Positions 1 to 9,638 of a stretch of DNA of 64,000 nt are shown piece after piece. Below the pieces are notes generated by a model. It saw only the letters and a program-made list of their open reading frames with translations, was not told where the DNA came from and did no database searches. Every line of letters starts with the position of its first letter. The first letter of the stretch is position 1. The position numbers and the translations under genes are program-made. Origin of the DNA: a virus (lineage: Duplodnaviria > Caudoviricetes); IMG/VR virus record IMGVR_UViG_3300028048_000052, positions 96,001-160,000 of that record; one strand, given 5' to 3'.

Positions 1-363
1 CTTGTAATAGATCAAGAGGACACTTATGATGAACAAAACATTGAAGAAATTGACACTGACCCAACAGTTGAAGGAACTTATGATCTCTTCACCATCACTT
101 ACTATTGCGGGTGCGATATTTGTAATGGCAGTTGGGGTGCTTATGACGCCCTTGGTGAGCCCCTTGCAGTTGGCACTGTTGCTTGTAACGTGCTTCCTCT
201 CGGTACTATTGTTTATATTGATGGTAATAAATACGTGGTCAGAGATCGGCTCTCCTCTATTTATGATGGTGAAAACAGGATTGATATCTATGTTGAAAGC
301 CATGATCTCGCTAATGAGTTGGGCATTAGATATGATGTGGAGGTATTTATTGAGAACTATTAG
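1..363 (+). CDS. 3D-domain (MltA-like cell-wall) protein, 5'-partial
   Basis: Frame +1 is open from base 1 to TAG at 361 and reads TITYYCGCDIC...VACNVLPLGTIVYIDG..YVVRDR...RIDIYV, a typical 3D domain. It replaces track ORF 26..385. Confidence 0.8.
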   Translation, partial: LVIDQEDTYDEQNIEEIDTDPTVEGTYDLFTITYYCGCDICNGSWGAYDALGEPLAVGTVACNVLPLGTIVYIDGNKYVVRDRLSSIYDGENRIDIYVESHDLANELGIRYDVEVFIENY

Positions 364-377
364 AAAGATGAAAGCAG

Positions 378-1229
378 ATGAGTAATAATTTAAAAAATGA
401 TAATAGCGGAGATAGCTTAAAAATATTTTTAAACGAAATTAAAAATATTCCTCTATTAACTCAAGAAGAAGAAATTGAACTTGGGAAACAAATAAAGCAA
501 AAAAATAAAGAGGCAATTGATAAATTAATTGTCTCTAATTTGCGTTTAGTGGTTAATATAGCTAAAAAATATGTGGGAATAGGAATTCCATTAATTGATT
601 TAATTCAAGAAGGAACAATTGGGTTACAAATCGCCGCGGAGCACTATGATTATACACTTGATTTTAAATTTTCTACCTATGCAACATATTGGATAAAACA
701 GAGAATTATGAAATCAATTGTTGATAATTCTAAAACAATTCGTTTACCGGCAAATGTTATTAACGAAATGGCTCAATTAAATAAAAGAAAAGAAGAGTTT
801 ATTGAAGAATACGGTAGAGAACCTGATTTTTCAGAGCTATTAGAAATGACAAATATGAGTTCTGACAAATTGTTAGATATTATGCAAGTTCAGCAAGGCG
901 CTATATCTCTTGATGCGTTAATACCAGATAGCGATAATGATTCTACTTTTGGTGATTATATAAAAGATAATCACATAATTAGCCCAGAAGATTATAGCAG
1001 GATAATGGATAAAAAAGAGGTAATTTTAGATGTTTTAAGTACGCTTGATGAACGGGAAAAAGATATTTTAATAAAGCGTTTTGGACTTGATAATGGAGTT
1101 CAAAAGTCATTAGAACAGGTTGGCGATTTAGTTGGGTTAACGAGAGAAAGGGTACGCCAGATAGAGATTTCTGCTTTAACAAAATTAAGAAATCCAATAA
1201 GAGCAAATATACTGGCTGAGTATATGTAA
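378..1229 (+). CDS. RpoD/sigma70-family RNA polymerase sigma factor
   Basis: NLRLVVNIAKKY, DLIQEG, KFSTYATYWIKQ and LTRERVRQIE motifs (regions 1.2-4). Confidence 0.95.
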   Translation: MSNNLKNDNSGDSLKIFLNEIKNIPLLTQEEEIELGKQIKQKNKEAIDKLIVSNLRLVVNIAKKYVGIGIPLIDLIQEGTIGLQIAAEHYDYTLDFKFSTYATYWIKQRIMKSIVDNSKTIRLPANVINEMAQLNKRKEEFIEEYGREPDFSELLEMTNMSSDKLLDIMQVQQGAISLDALIPDSDNDSTFGDYIKDNHIISPEDYSRIMDKKEVILDVLSTLDEREKDILIKRFGLDNGVQKSLEQVGDLVGLTRERVRQIEISALTKLRNPIRANILAEYM

Positions 1230-1978
1230 TGAAAAATATATTTATAGATTTTGAAGCAACCCAATATACGCAAGAAATTATTTCAATTGGGGCAACAGCA
1301 AAAAGTGGAGAAGAATTTTATTCATTGGTAAAGCCAAAGCATAAAATAGGAAATTTTGTATCTGGTTTAACCGGTATTAAAGAAGAAGATTTGGAAAATG
1401 CGCCAACGGCTGATATAGTTTTTTCTAATTTTTTCTCTTGGTTACAAGAGATAAATAAAGATAATAAAAAAATAAAATTTATTTGTTATGGAAATTGCGA
1501 TTTGTTATTTGCATCAAATACGTTAAAAAATTTAGACAATTCAATGACAGCACAAATGGCATTATCATTAATTATTTCAAATATAGTTGATTATGCCGAC
1601 TATGTGAAATCATATTTTGGATTATCAAAATATGTATCATTATTAAAAGTGGCTCAATATTATTCAGGAGAAGATTTAAATCAAGATCATAACGCATTAA
1701 ACGATGCCAAATTATTAAGATTTATATATGAAAAAATTCAAAATGGAGTGCAATTAGTAGATAATCCTTTTGAAGAATATATGCAACGAATTGAAGTTTA
1801 TGACACTGAAGATAATTTAGTTGAAACTTTTTATGGAATGGCGCAAGCAACGAAATGGATAATTGAAATAAACCATATTCCACAAAATGCGTATAAGAAA
1901 AGAATAAAAAATAAAATAATTTCCGCTTCACAGCAGAAACAGACCTATTGCGGATTTAAATGGGTAATTACTGATTAA
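1229..1978 (+). CDS. DEDDh 3'-5' exonuclease with C-terminal NUMOD1-like HTH
   Basis: FIDFEAT, EIISIGA and HNALNDA motifs; ends YCGFKW. Confidence 0.8.
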   Translation: MKNIFIDFEATQYTQEIISIGATAKSGEEFYSLVKPKHKIGNFVSGLTGIKEEDLENAPTADIVFSNFFSWLQEINKDNKKIKFICYGNCDLLFASNTLKNLDNSMTAQMALSLIISNIVDYADYVKSYFGLSKYVSLLKVAQYYSGEDLNQDHNALNDAKLLRFIYEKIQNGVQLVDNPFEEYMQRIEVYDTEDNLVETFYGMAQATKWIIEINHIPQNAYKKRIKNKIISASQQKQTYCGFKWVITD

Positions 1979-2030
1979 GGGTTAGATAAAAAATCTAACC
2001 CTTTACTTTTTTTAAAAAATATGATATAAT
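1977..2030 (+). terminator. Intrinsic terminator overlapping a sigmaA-like promoter
   Basis: AAGGGTTAGAT-aaaa-ATCTAACCCTT hairpin followed by TTTACT...TGATATAAT. Confidence 0.6.
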
Positions 2031-2055
2031 ATATATAGTAAAAGGAGTAAAGAAA

Positions 2056-3384
2056 ATGTATTGTGGTTATATTGTAAAAATTGATAAGTTAAGAAAACAT
2101 ACCAATGCAGACAGATTACAAATTGCCACGGTTTTTGGTAATGACGTTTCTGTTGGGTTGGATGTTAAATTAGGAGATATTTTAATTTATTTCCCAACAG
2201 ATGGACAGTTATCTACCGAATATTGTGAATATAATAATCTTCTCCGGAAAAGAGATGCAAACGGTGATAATATTGGTGGTTATCTTGATCCAAGCAAGCG
2301 CAATGTAAAAGCAATTAAATTACGTGGTGAAAAATCTGACGGATTATTAATGCCACTTTCTTCACTTGATTATTTTGAACACGATGAATTAAATGTCGGC
2401 GATAAAATTACTGTATTAAATGGGCATGAAATTTGCACAAAATATATTCCAAGAACTAACTCATCTGGGCCAAGAAACCTTGGAAATAAAACGAGAAAAA
2501 GAAAAGCGCCAATTTCTCCATTGTTTATTGAGCACGCTGACACAGAACAACTCGCATATAATCTTAATGTATTTAAACCGGGGGATGAGATTGAGATTAC
2601 TTTAAAAATGCATGGCACATCTCAAAGAACTGGATATTTGCCTGTATTTAAAAAATTTAAACGATCATTATTAGATATTATTTTACGAAGACCGGGTAAA
2701 CCAATTTATGATTGGGGTTATGTTACGGGTACACGCAGAGTTGTCTTAGATACATATGATGGCGGATATTATGGTGGTAATCAATTTCGTGAACAACATG
2801 CAAAATTCTTTGAGGGGAAACTCTTAAAAGGCGAAGAAGTTTTTTACGAGGTAGTTGGTTATATTGATGAAAATAATCCTATTATGGGCAAGGGCAATAA
2901 TAAGAAAATTAATGATAAAGATTTTCTTAAAAAGTATGGGGACACAACTGTTTTTTCTTATGGATGTAACCCCGGAGAAAGCAAAGCCTATGTTTATCGT
3001 ATGACAATGACAAACGAAGATGGTGATATTGTAGAATATACGCCTGATTTTATGCGATATCGTTGTGAACAGATGGGAGCAAATACTGTTCCTATGTTTA
3101 CTAAATTTATTATTCCAGATATTGATTATCAAGATGCTACAACCGGAGAACAACTTTGTGTCGGAGATTATGTAAAAGATATTGCGGAAGAATACTATGA
3201 CGGGACAGATCCAATCGGCAGAACTCATATTCGAGAGGGGGTTGTTGTTAGAATTGTAAATAGACCAAAATTTTGTGCATACAAACATAAGAATTTCTTT
3301 TTTAAAGTTCTTGAAGGATTAATTAAAGAAGATGCAACTGCACCAGATGTTGAAGAAGCTCAGGAGGTATTAGATGAGAACTAA
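2056..3384 (+). CDS. RNA ligase, DRB0094/Rnl5-like (N-terminal OB fold plus nucleotidyltransferase)
   Basis: HTNADRLQ N-terminus, KLRGEKSDGLL, motif I TLKMHGTS, REGVVVR, K-x-K near the C-terminus. Confidence 0.8.
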   Translation: MYCGYIVKIDKLRKHTNADRLQIATVFGNDVSVGLDVKLGDILIYFPTDGQLSTEYCEYNNLLRKRDANGDNIGGYLDPSKRNVKAIKLRGEKSDGLLMPLSSLDYFEHDELNVGDKITVLNGHEICTKYIPRTNSSGPRNLGNKTRKRKAPISPLFIEHADTEQLAYNLNVFKPGDEIEITLKMHGTSQRTGYLPVFKKFKRSLLDIILRRPGKPIYDWGYVTGTRRVVLDTYDGGYYGGNQFREQHAKFFEGKLLKGEEVFYEVVGYIDENNPIMGKGNNKKINDKDFLKKYGDTTVFSYGCNPGESKAYVYRMTMTNEDGDIVEYTPDFMRYRCEQMGANTVPMFTKFIIPDIDYQDATTGEQLCVGDYVKDIAEEYYDGTDPIGRTHIREGVVVRIVNRPKFCAYKHKNFFFKVLEGLIKEDATAPDVEEAQEVLDEN

Positions 3385-3610
3385 GGCTGAACGGAGAAAA
3401 TCTACTTATAAACACATTAGGAAAAACTATAAAGAAAAATCAATTTATAGTAAATTTCATGGAAAAGAAGAAGAACAACCACATCGTCTTTATAAAGGAA
3501 ATAATTTCACAAAGAAGCAAGGACGTCTTACTATAAGACCTAAAACAAAAAAAGATTTAGTAGATGAAATTACAGAAAGAGAAATGCTAAACGAGGACGA
3601 AATTGATTAA
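3374..3610 (+). CDS. Basic hypothetical protein
   Basis: ORF with upstream AGGAGG, overlapping the ligase stop. Confidence 0.6.
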   Translation: MRTKAERRKSTYKHIRKNYKEKSIYSKFHGKEEEQPHRLYKGNNFTKKQGRLTIRPKTKKDLVDEITEREMLNEDEID

Positions 3611-3759
3611 ATCAAAATAACCTATTTTAATTTATAGTTAGAGTAGGGGATGCTGTCCATTGAGCGTCAGGCTTTCTTGCGCTTGATTTTGATATAAAGG
3701 GGGTAGTTTAAACCGATTAAACTGCCCCCACTTTTTTATTTTTTAGGGAGGAATTTGAT

Positions 3760-3870
3760 ATGGATCAAAAAATTGCTTTATATATCCTTGGGGGATTACT
3801 TTGCGCAATTGGCGTTGTTCGTCTTTTATTAATTTTTACTACAAAAGCAAAAGCAAAAGCAAAAAAATAG
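3760..3870 (+). CDS. 36-aa single-TM peptide
   Basis: GGAGG RBS; MDQKIALYILGGLLCAIGVVRLLLIFTTKAKAKAKK. Confidence 0.6.
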   Translation: MDQKIALYILGGLLCAIGVVRLLLIFTTKAKAKAKK

Positions 3871-3920
3871 CATTTTATAAAAATTATGAAGATAATTATT
3901 ATAGAAAGGATATAATAATT

Positions 3921-4178
3921 ATGGAAGAAAATTTAAAAATTGATGAGTTAAAAGACGAGATAAATGATATAGACATAAAAATTGTATTACTTTTAAATCA
4001 ACGAGCAGATTTTAGTACAGAATTAAACAATTTAAAAAAAGAGTTAGGAATTGATTTTTATGATAAAATGGAAGAAATTGAAATTATGGAATCATTAGAA
4101 GAAATGTCTAACTACAATAATATGATAAATACAATTTATCCATCTATATTAAAGTATTGTAGAAGCCTCTATGAATAG
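3921..4178 (+). CDS. Chorismate mutase type II (AroQ)-like protein, possibly degenerate
   Basis: IDELKDEINDIDIKIVLLLNQR...K...D..EE pattern; start reset to ATG 3921 after AAGGA. Confidence 0.6.
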   Translation: MEENLKIDELKDEINDIDIKIVLLLNQRADFSTELNNLKKELGIDFYDKMEEIEIMESLEEMSNYNNMINTIYPSILKYCRSLYE

Positions 4179-4264
4179 AGGCTTATTTTTTTTATATGGG
4201 GACAATTTATAACGATTAGATGATCGTTATTTTTATATAAAATGAGAATAAGGAGGTGCATAAT

Positions 4265-4735
4265 ATGTTAGATATGATGACAGGTTTAGCTGTATTATTA
4301 TTTACATATGGCTTCACAATCTCCTATCATGTAATGGGCTCCACTAAATTTTATATGATTAAAAAATTTCAATGGAGAAAAGCATTATTGGGTATCTATC
4401 AAGAATTAGGATATTTTTTATTTTTATTTCTAATATTTATGTTACCTGTTTTTATAGATTTAGATACTCTTGGAGTAGATTTATCTTTAGAAAAAATTGT
4501 TACAGTCGTTTTAGTTTTCCCTTTAGTTGCATCAATTAAAAATTGCTATGAAAAATCAATTGAACTTAAAAATATTGATATATCAGAACTTGATCAATTA
4601 ATTGATGGCGAAGAAGGAATTGTATTAAAAACCGATAGTAACAAAGAATTAAATGTAAATGTTACGTTGAAAGGAGATATTGACTATGGCAAGAAAGAGC
4701 AATCAACAGCCAAGCCTAAAAAGCCAAAAGGCTAA
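4265..4735 (+). CDS. Putative holin (about 3 TM segments)
   Basis: Hydrophobic helices and a charged tail; AGGAGG RBS; lies upstream of the endolysin. Confidence 0.55.
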   Translation: MLDMMTGLAVLLFTYGFTISYHVMGSTKFYMIKKFQWRKALLGIYQELGYFLFLFLIFMLPVFIDLDTLGVDLSLEKIVTVVLVFPLVASIKNCYEKSIELKNIDISELDQLIDGEEGIVLKTDSNKELNVNVTLKGDIDYGKKEQSTAKPKKPKG

Positions 4736-4871
4736 ATCCACAAAACTTACCATTGAACAAAAGAAAGAAATGGTTAATATTTTAAAAGACTTAAAAGAAG
4801 AACAAACTACTTTTAATGCTGACCCAATAAGTGAATTAGTAGCTGATGGAGAAGTTGAAAATGCAGTTTAA
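4686..4871 (+). CDS. Small lysis-cassette hypothetical protein
   Basis: AAGGAG RBS; overlaps both the holin and the lysin. Confidence 0.5.
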   Translation: MARKSNQQPSLKSQKAKSTKLTIEQKKEMVNILKDLKEEQTTFNADPISELVADGEVENAV

Positions 4872-6054
4872 TATTAGAACAACAAAACCGCAAGCTGGTA
4901 ATAAAAACTATATTAAAACAACTTATGGTGGTTGAAATACTTGTGTTATTGGGAGTCCAACAGATAAAGATTGTAATGTTTTAAGCAATTGCGTTGGATA
5001 TGCAAGTGGAAGATTTAATGAAATTTATAATGAAATTACTGGACACACTGGAAGCCATAAGTGAAATATTCTTAATTGCAATGCTGAAAACTTTATTGAA
5101 AGAGCAGAACAATTAGGATTAAAAATTTCAAAAACGCCAACTCTTGGTGGTATAATGGTATGACAAAAAGGTAGTTTAAATTGGCAAGATGGCGCTGGCC
5201 ATGTTGGTGTTGTTGAAAAAATTATTGACGATAATACCATTTATACAAGCGAAAGTGCATGAGGTGGTAGCGCATTTTATAATTCAACCAGAAGAAACAC
5301 AAATGGTAGATGGGGTATGGGCTCAGCTTATTCTTTTAGAGGCTGTATTGTAAACCCGGCTGTTAAAACCATAAAAGTTGCATCAAATGTTAAAAGAGAT
5401 GAAACAAAAGAGCAGGTTGAAGTATTGGTTCCAGATTTAAATGTTAGAATGGAACCAAGCACAAAAGCAACACGTATTGGATTTGCTAAAAAAGGATATT
5501 ACAATATTTTAAACAAAAAAGTTGCTGAAGGGTATACTTGATTAAATATTGCCGAAGATCAATATATCGCATTTAACAATGAGTGAGAAAAAATTTTGGA
5601 ACCTAAGAAAGAAGAAGAACCGGTAGTGCCAACCCCAACTCCAATTCCAGAACCAATTAAACCAACTTTAAAATTTAAAATTGGCGATCAAGTTGTTATT
5701 TCTGGTAAATTATATGCAAGTTCAAATGCAACTATTGCCACGGCTTCTGTATTAGGAAAAGTGACAAAAATTACGCGAGTCGTCGCTGGTGCAAAACATC
5801 CATATAACACCACAAATGATTTGGGTTGAATGGATGAAAGCTCAATTCAATTCTATAATAACGCAGTACCAAAAGAAACAATTAAGGTTGGAGATAAAGT
5901 AAAAGTATTAAAAAATGTAACATATGATGGTAAAAAATTCTTGGCTTTATTCTCTAAATATGATGTTATTGAAGTTAAAGGCAATAGAATTGTTATTGGT
6001 ATTGGTAAGGTTGTTACCGCGGCGGTTCATAAAGACAATTTAAAGAAGGTATAA
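4861..6054 (+). CDS. CHAP-domain endolysin with SH3-like binding domains (397 aa, TGA=Trp)
   Basis: One frame joins track ORFs 5317, 5596 and 5830 through 7 TGAs; catalytic NCVGYA and GAGHVGVVE; PT-rich linker. Confidence 0.9.
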
Positions 6055-6056
6055 TT

Positions 6057-6443
6057 ATGAAAGAATTTAAGTTTAAACCCGGAGATGAGGTACTAATTAC
6101 TGGAAAAATTTATCAATCAGCAAATGGCACTTTATATGGTAAAACTTTAAATAAATTTAAAGCAACTATTAAAAAAATTGCTGAAAAAGGAGCGCACCCA
6201 TACGCTATTGAAGGAATGTGGGGTTGATTCGATGAAAAAGAATTAAGTCCGTATGTTGCGCCACCAGAAATTTCTGTTGGCGATAAAGTGAAATTAATTA
6301 AAAATGAAACATACAATCATAAAAAAATAGTTCTTTCCCCGTATATTGATTATCAAGTAAATAATATTGAAGATAATAAAGTTTATGTATCATTCCGTGA
6401 TACAAATTTTATTGTTGATATTTATAACCTAAAAAAAATTTAG
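6057..6443 (+). CDS. Stand-alone paralog of the lysin C-terminal binding domains (1 TGA)
   Basis: FKFKPGDEVLITGKIY..GAHPY..G*FDE..ISVGDKVKLIKNETY aligns with lysin LKFKIGDQVVISGKLY..AKHPY..G*MDE..IKVGDKVKVLKNVTY. Confidence 0.8.
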
Positions 6444-6446
6444 AAA

Positions 6447-6635
6447 ATGACTGATTTACAACAAGAATATCAAGATGCTATTAAAAGGTATCATGATTTA
6501 GAAGTTTTAGTTTCGCAAAGAATTGCGGGGACATCTGGAGCAGAATCAAATTGCCCTGATGAGCTATTAAAACAGCATTTAGCTATTTTAAAAGGGTATA
6601 TAAGAACTTTAGAAGAAAGATTAAAATACGAATAG
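6447..6635 (+). CDS. Small phage protein (crAss001_48-like helical hairpin)
   Basis: CPDELLKQHLAILKGYIRTLEER pattern. Confidence 0.45.
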   Translation: MTDLQQEYQDAIKRYHDLEVLVSQRIAGTSGAESNCPDELLKQHLAILKGYIRTLEERLKYE

Positions 6636-6721
6636 GGAAAAACATATTTGCTTTTCCCTATTTTTTTTGACTTTTTCTTATAAAAATGTTATAATTTTAT
6701 TAGAAAGGGTTAAAATAACAT

Positions 6722-6946
6722 ATGAAAAGAATACAAAAATTTGCTGAATTAAGAAAAAATTTAAAACAAGATTTAAGAAATCCCGGGCAGATTGAGTTAG
6801 ACAAAGAAATTGAGGCAATGACAACCCACAAAAATATTGGAACAATTAACAAACCAGTTGTAGTTGGTGTTACTTGCATTGGAGTTTCTGCTTTTTTAGC
6901 TGGTTATACTTTTGGTAAATTAGGAGGAAATAAGCATGAAATTTAA
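6722..6946 (+). CDS. Hypothetical protein with C-terminal TM
   Basis: ORF downstream of a TTGACT-N17-TATAAT promoter. Confidence 0.6.
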   Translation: MKRIQKFAELRKNLKQDLRNPGQIELDKEIEAMTTHKNIGTINKPVVVGVTCIGVSAFLAGYTFGKLGGNKHEI

Positions 6947-7199
6947 TAATAACACAAACATTCCAAATAAAATTGTTCAAATGGCGGTTAATTCTTTAAA
7001 TAGCGAGACTGAATATGGCGAGGTAAAAAAACCAGCATTCAGTTTTACTGACGCCTATGGAGTTACAACTACAACCTATAAAGTAACACTTCAAGATTTT
7101 CCAACAATGATAATTAAAGACAACGGAAAATTTTATGATGTTACTACCGTTGGAAATGAAAAATTTTACAACATTGATAGGGATGGGAAAAAAATTTAA
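6936..7199 (+). CDS. Hypothetical protein
   Basis: GGAGG RBS; coupled to the previous ORF. Confidence 0.6.
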   Translation: MKFNNNTNIPNKIVQMAVNSLNSETEYGEVKKPAFSFTDAYGVTTTTYKVTLQDFPTMIIKDNGKFYDVTTVGNEKFYNIDRDGKKI

Positions 7200-7341
7200 A
7201 AAAAATTTGTTTTTTTTAAAAAAAAATATTATAATAATATTAGAAAGCATTGGGAAGTGCTTTCATCCCCAATTAATTCCTATATCCCTGATGTGATTGT
7301 TAGCATTTCAACACTAAAAGAAATGCTTTTTTTATTTTATA

Positions 7342-7370
7342 TTGATTTTTTAAAAAAATATGGTATAATA
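7342..7370 (+). promoter_or_regulatory. Representative sigmaA-like promoter with extended -10
   Basis: TTGATT-N17-TATAAT with TG; similar elements near 6668, 9588, 10918, 16117, 19045, 22563, 25012, 33131, 35941 and 43655. Confidence 0.7.
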
Positions 7371-7396
7371 TATATATAAAGGAGTATGAAAATTAT

Positions 7397-9025
7397 ATGT
7401 TAAGTGATATTGAAATCGCCCAGAGTGCTGAATTAAAACCGATTGAAGAAATCGCACAAAAATTAAGCATTCCGCAAGATAAACTAACAAAATATGGCGA
7501 TAATATGGCAAAAATTGATTATCGGTTAGCATATAGAGATGGAAAATTGGGAAAGTTAATTCTTGTCACAGGAACAAATCCAACCCCAGCAGGAGAAGGT
7601 AAAACAACTGTGGCTATTGGGTTAGCAGATGCCATAGCGCAGCGAGGTAAAAATGCCTGCGTTTGCCTACGTGAACCATCTCTTGGACCAGTTTTTGGCG
7701 TAAAAGGTGGTGCTGCTGGCGGAGGATACTCACAGGTCGTACCTATGGAGAATATTAACTTACATTTCACTGGTGATATTCACGCCATTGAAAGTGCTAA
7801 TAATCTCTTAGCCGCTATGATTGATAATCATATTTATCAGGGCAATGAACTTAATATCAATCCAGAAAAAATTACTTGGCGTAGATGCATGGATATGAAT
7901 GATCGCCATTTAAGAAAAATTAAGGATGGGCTTGCTGATGAAAAATCAGTTGAAAGAGAAGATGGATTTGATATTACTGTTGCAAGTGAAGTAATGGCTG
8001 TATTTTGTTTAAGTAGAACTTTATCAGAACTTAAAGATAATCTTGGAAATATTATTTTTGGCTATGATAAAGACGATAAACCACTTTATGTTAGACAACT
8101 TCACATGGAAGGCGCAATGACGGCAATCTTAAAAGATGCTTTTAATCCAAATTTAGTTCAAACTCTTGAAGGAACACCTGCTATTATTCATGGTGGACCA
8201 TTTGCAAATATTGCACATGGGTGTAATAGCATTGTCGCAACAAAACTGGGCATGAGCTTATCTAATTATGTTGTCACAGAAGCTGGATTTGGTTCTGATC
8301 TTGGAGCTGAAAAGTTTTTAGATATTAAATGTCCAAAACTTGGGTTTGCGCCTGATTGTATTGTCATAGTTACAACTACACGCGCATTAAAATACAACGG
8401 AAATGGGATTTTAAAAGATGGATTATGCAATCTTGGACAGCATATTGATAATATGAAAGGATATAATATCCCAGTAGTAGTAGCTATCAACGCTTTTGGC
8501 GATGATGTTCCCGATGATTTATCAACAATTGGCGAATACTGTGAAAGCAAAAATGTTAAATGGGAAATTACAACTGCGCATGATGATGGCTCTTTTGGAG
8601 CAAGAGCATTGGCAAACAGTGTAATTGAATTATGCAATGAATCTCATCAATCAGTTGTAACCGCGTATGGATATGATAACACAATTATTCAACGAGCAAA
8701 TGAATTAGCAACAACAATTTACCACGCGAGTGCCATGAGCTTTACAATCGAGGCAGCGCAAATGTGTAAAAAGATTGAAGAAATGGGTTTTAGTAATTTG
8801 CCTATCTGTGTCGCAAAAACGCAATATAGTTTTAGCGATAATCCTAAATTACTTGGTGCACCGAACAATTTTATAATGAATTGCAGAGAAGTAAGGCTCT
8901 GCGCTGGGGCTGGCTTTATCGTTTTAATTTGTGGGAAAATTATGACTATGCCGGGTCTCCCTAAAAATCCCGCAGCGGAAAAAATAGACGTGGATAATGA
9001 AGGTAAAATAATAGGATTATTTTAA
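7397..9025 (+). CDS. fhs: Formate--tetrahydrofolate ligase
   Basis: TPAGEGKTT, GVKGGAAGGGYSQVVPME, HGGPFANIAHGCNS, VTEAGFGSDLGAEKF. Confidence 0.97.
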   Translation: MLSDIEIAQSAELKPIEEIAQKLSIPQDKLTKYGDNMAKIDYRLAYRDGKLGKLILVTGTNPTPAGEGKTTVAIGLADAIAQRGKNACVCLREPSLGPVFGVKGGAAGGGYSQVVPMENINLHFTGDIHAIESANNLLAAMIDNHIYQGNELNINPEKITWRRCMDMNDRHLRKIKDGLADEKSVEREDGFDITVASEVMAVFCLSRTLSELKDNLGNIIFGYDKDDKPLYVRQLHMEGAMTAILKDAFNPNLVQTLEGTPAIIHGGPFANIAHGCNSIVATKLGMSLSNYVVTEAGFGSDLGAEKFLDIKCPKLGFAPDCIVIVTTTRALKYNGNGILKDGLCNLGQHIDNMKGYNIPVVVAINAFGDDVPDDLSTIGEYCESKNVKWEITTAHDDGSFGARALANSVIELCNESHQSVVTAYGYDNTIIQRANELATTIYHASAMSFTIEAAQMCKKIEEMGFSNLPICVAKTQYSFSDNPKLLGAPNNFIMNCREVRLCAGAGFIVLICGKIMTMPGLPKNPAAEKIDVDNEGKIIGLF

Positions 9026-9027
9026 AG

Positions 9028-9579
9028 ATGGAAGTATATATAACATCAGATTTGCATTTTGGACATAATCGTGATTTTCTTTATGGATCACGCGGTTTTA
9101 ATAATATTTATGAGCATGATAAAGCTATAATAGATAATTGGAATAGTATTGTAAATGAAGAAGATCTTGTCTATATATTGGGTGATATTATGCTCAATGA
9201 TAATGATTATGGATGCAAGTGTTTTAATCAGTTAAATGGCTTTAAAGAAATTATTCTTGGCAATCATGACTCAGACGCAAGAAAAGAATTATATAACAAC
9301 CTTCATGGTGTTTTAGATGTTTCTTTGGCAAAAATAATTAAATATGATAAATACCATTTCTTTTTGTGCCATTATCCAACAATTACCTCAAATCACGACT
9401 ACAAAAAACCGTTAAAAAATAGAATTATTAATCTATGCGGGCATACTCATACAAATGATAAATTTAAAGACTGGGATAAAGGTTATATTTATCATTGTGA
9501 ACTTGAAGCTCATAATATGAAACCAATCAACATGGACTCTGTCGTTAAAGATATAGAACAAAAAGCAGGGGTAGAATAA
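9028..9579 (+). CDS. Calcineurin-like metallophosphoesterase
   Basis: SDLHFGH, LGD, GNHD and GHTH motifs. Confidence 0.9.
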   Translation: MEVYITSDLHFGHNRDFLYGSRGFNNIYEHDKAIIDNWNSIVNEEDLVYILGDIMLNDNDYGCKCFNQLNGFKEIILGNHDSDARKELYNNLHGVLDVSLAKIIKYDKYHFFLCHYPTITSNHDYKKPLKNRIINLCGHTHTNDKFKDWDKGYIYHCELEAHNMKPINMDSVVKDIEQKAGVE

Positions 9580-9638
9580 TCTACCCCTTTATTTTTTTAA
9601 AAAAATATGGTATAATATATATAGAAAAGGTAAATAAT

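Noticed and set aside
26-385. Track ORF of 119 aa that looks like a membrane protein
   Set aside because: Shadow frame; frame +1 (1-363) encodes a recognisable 3D domain.
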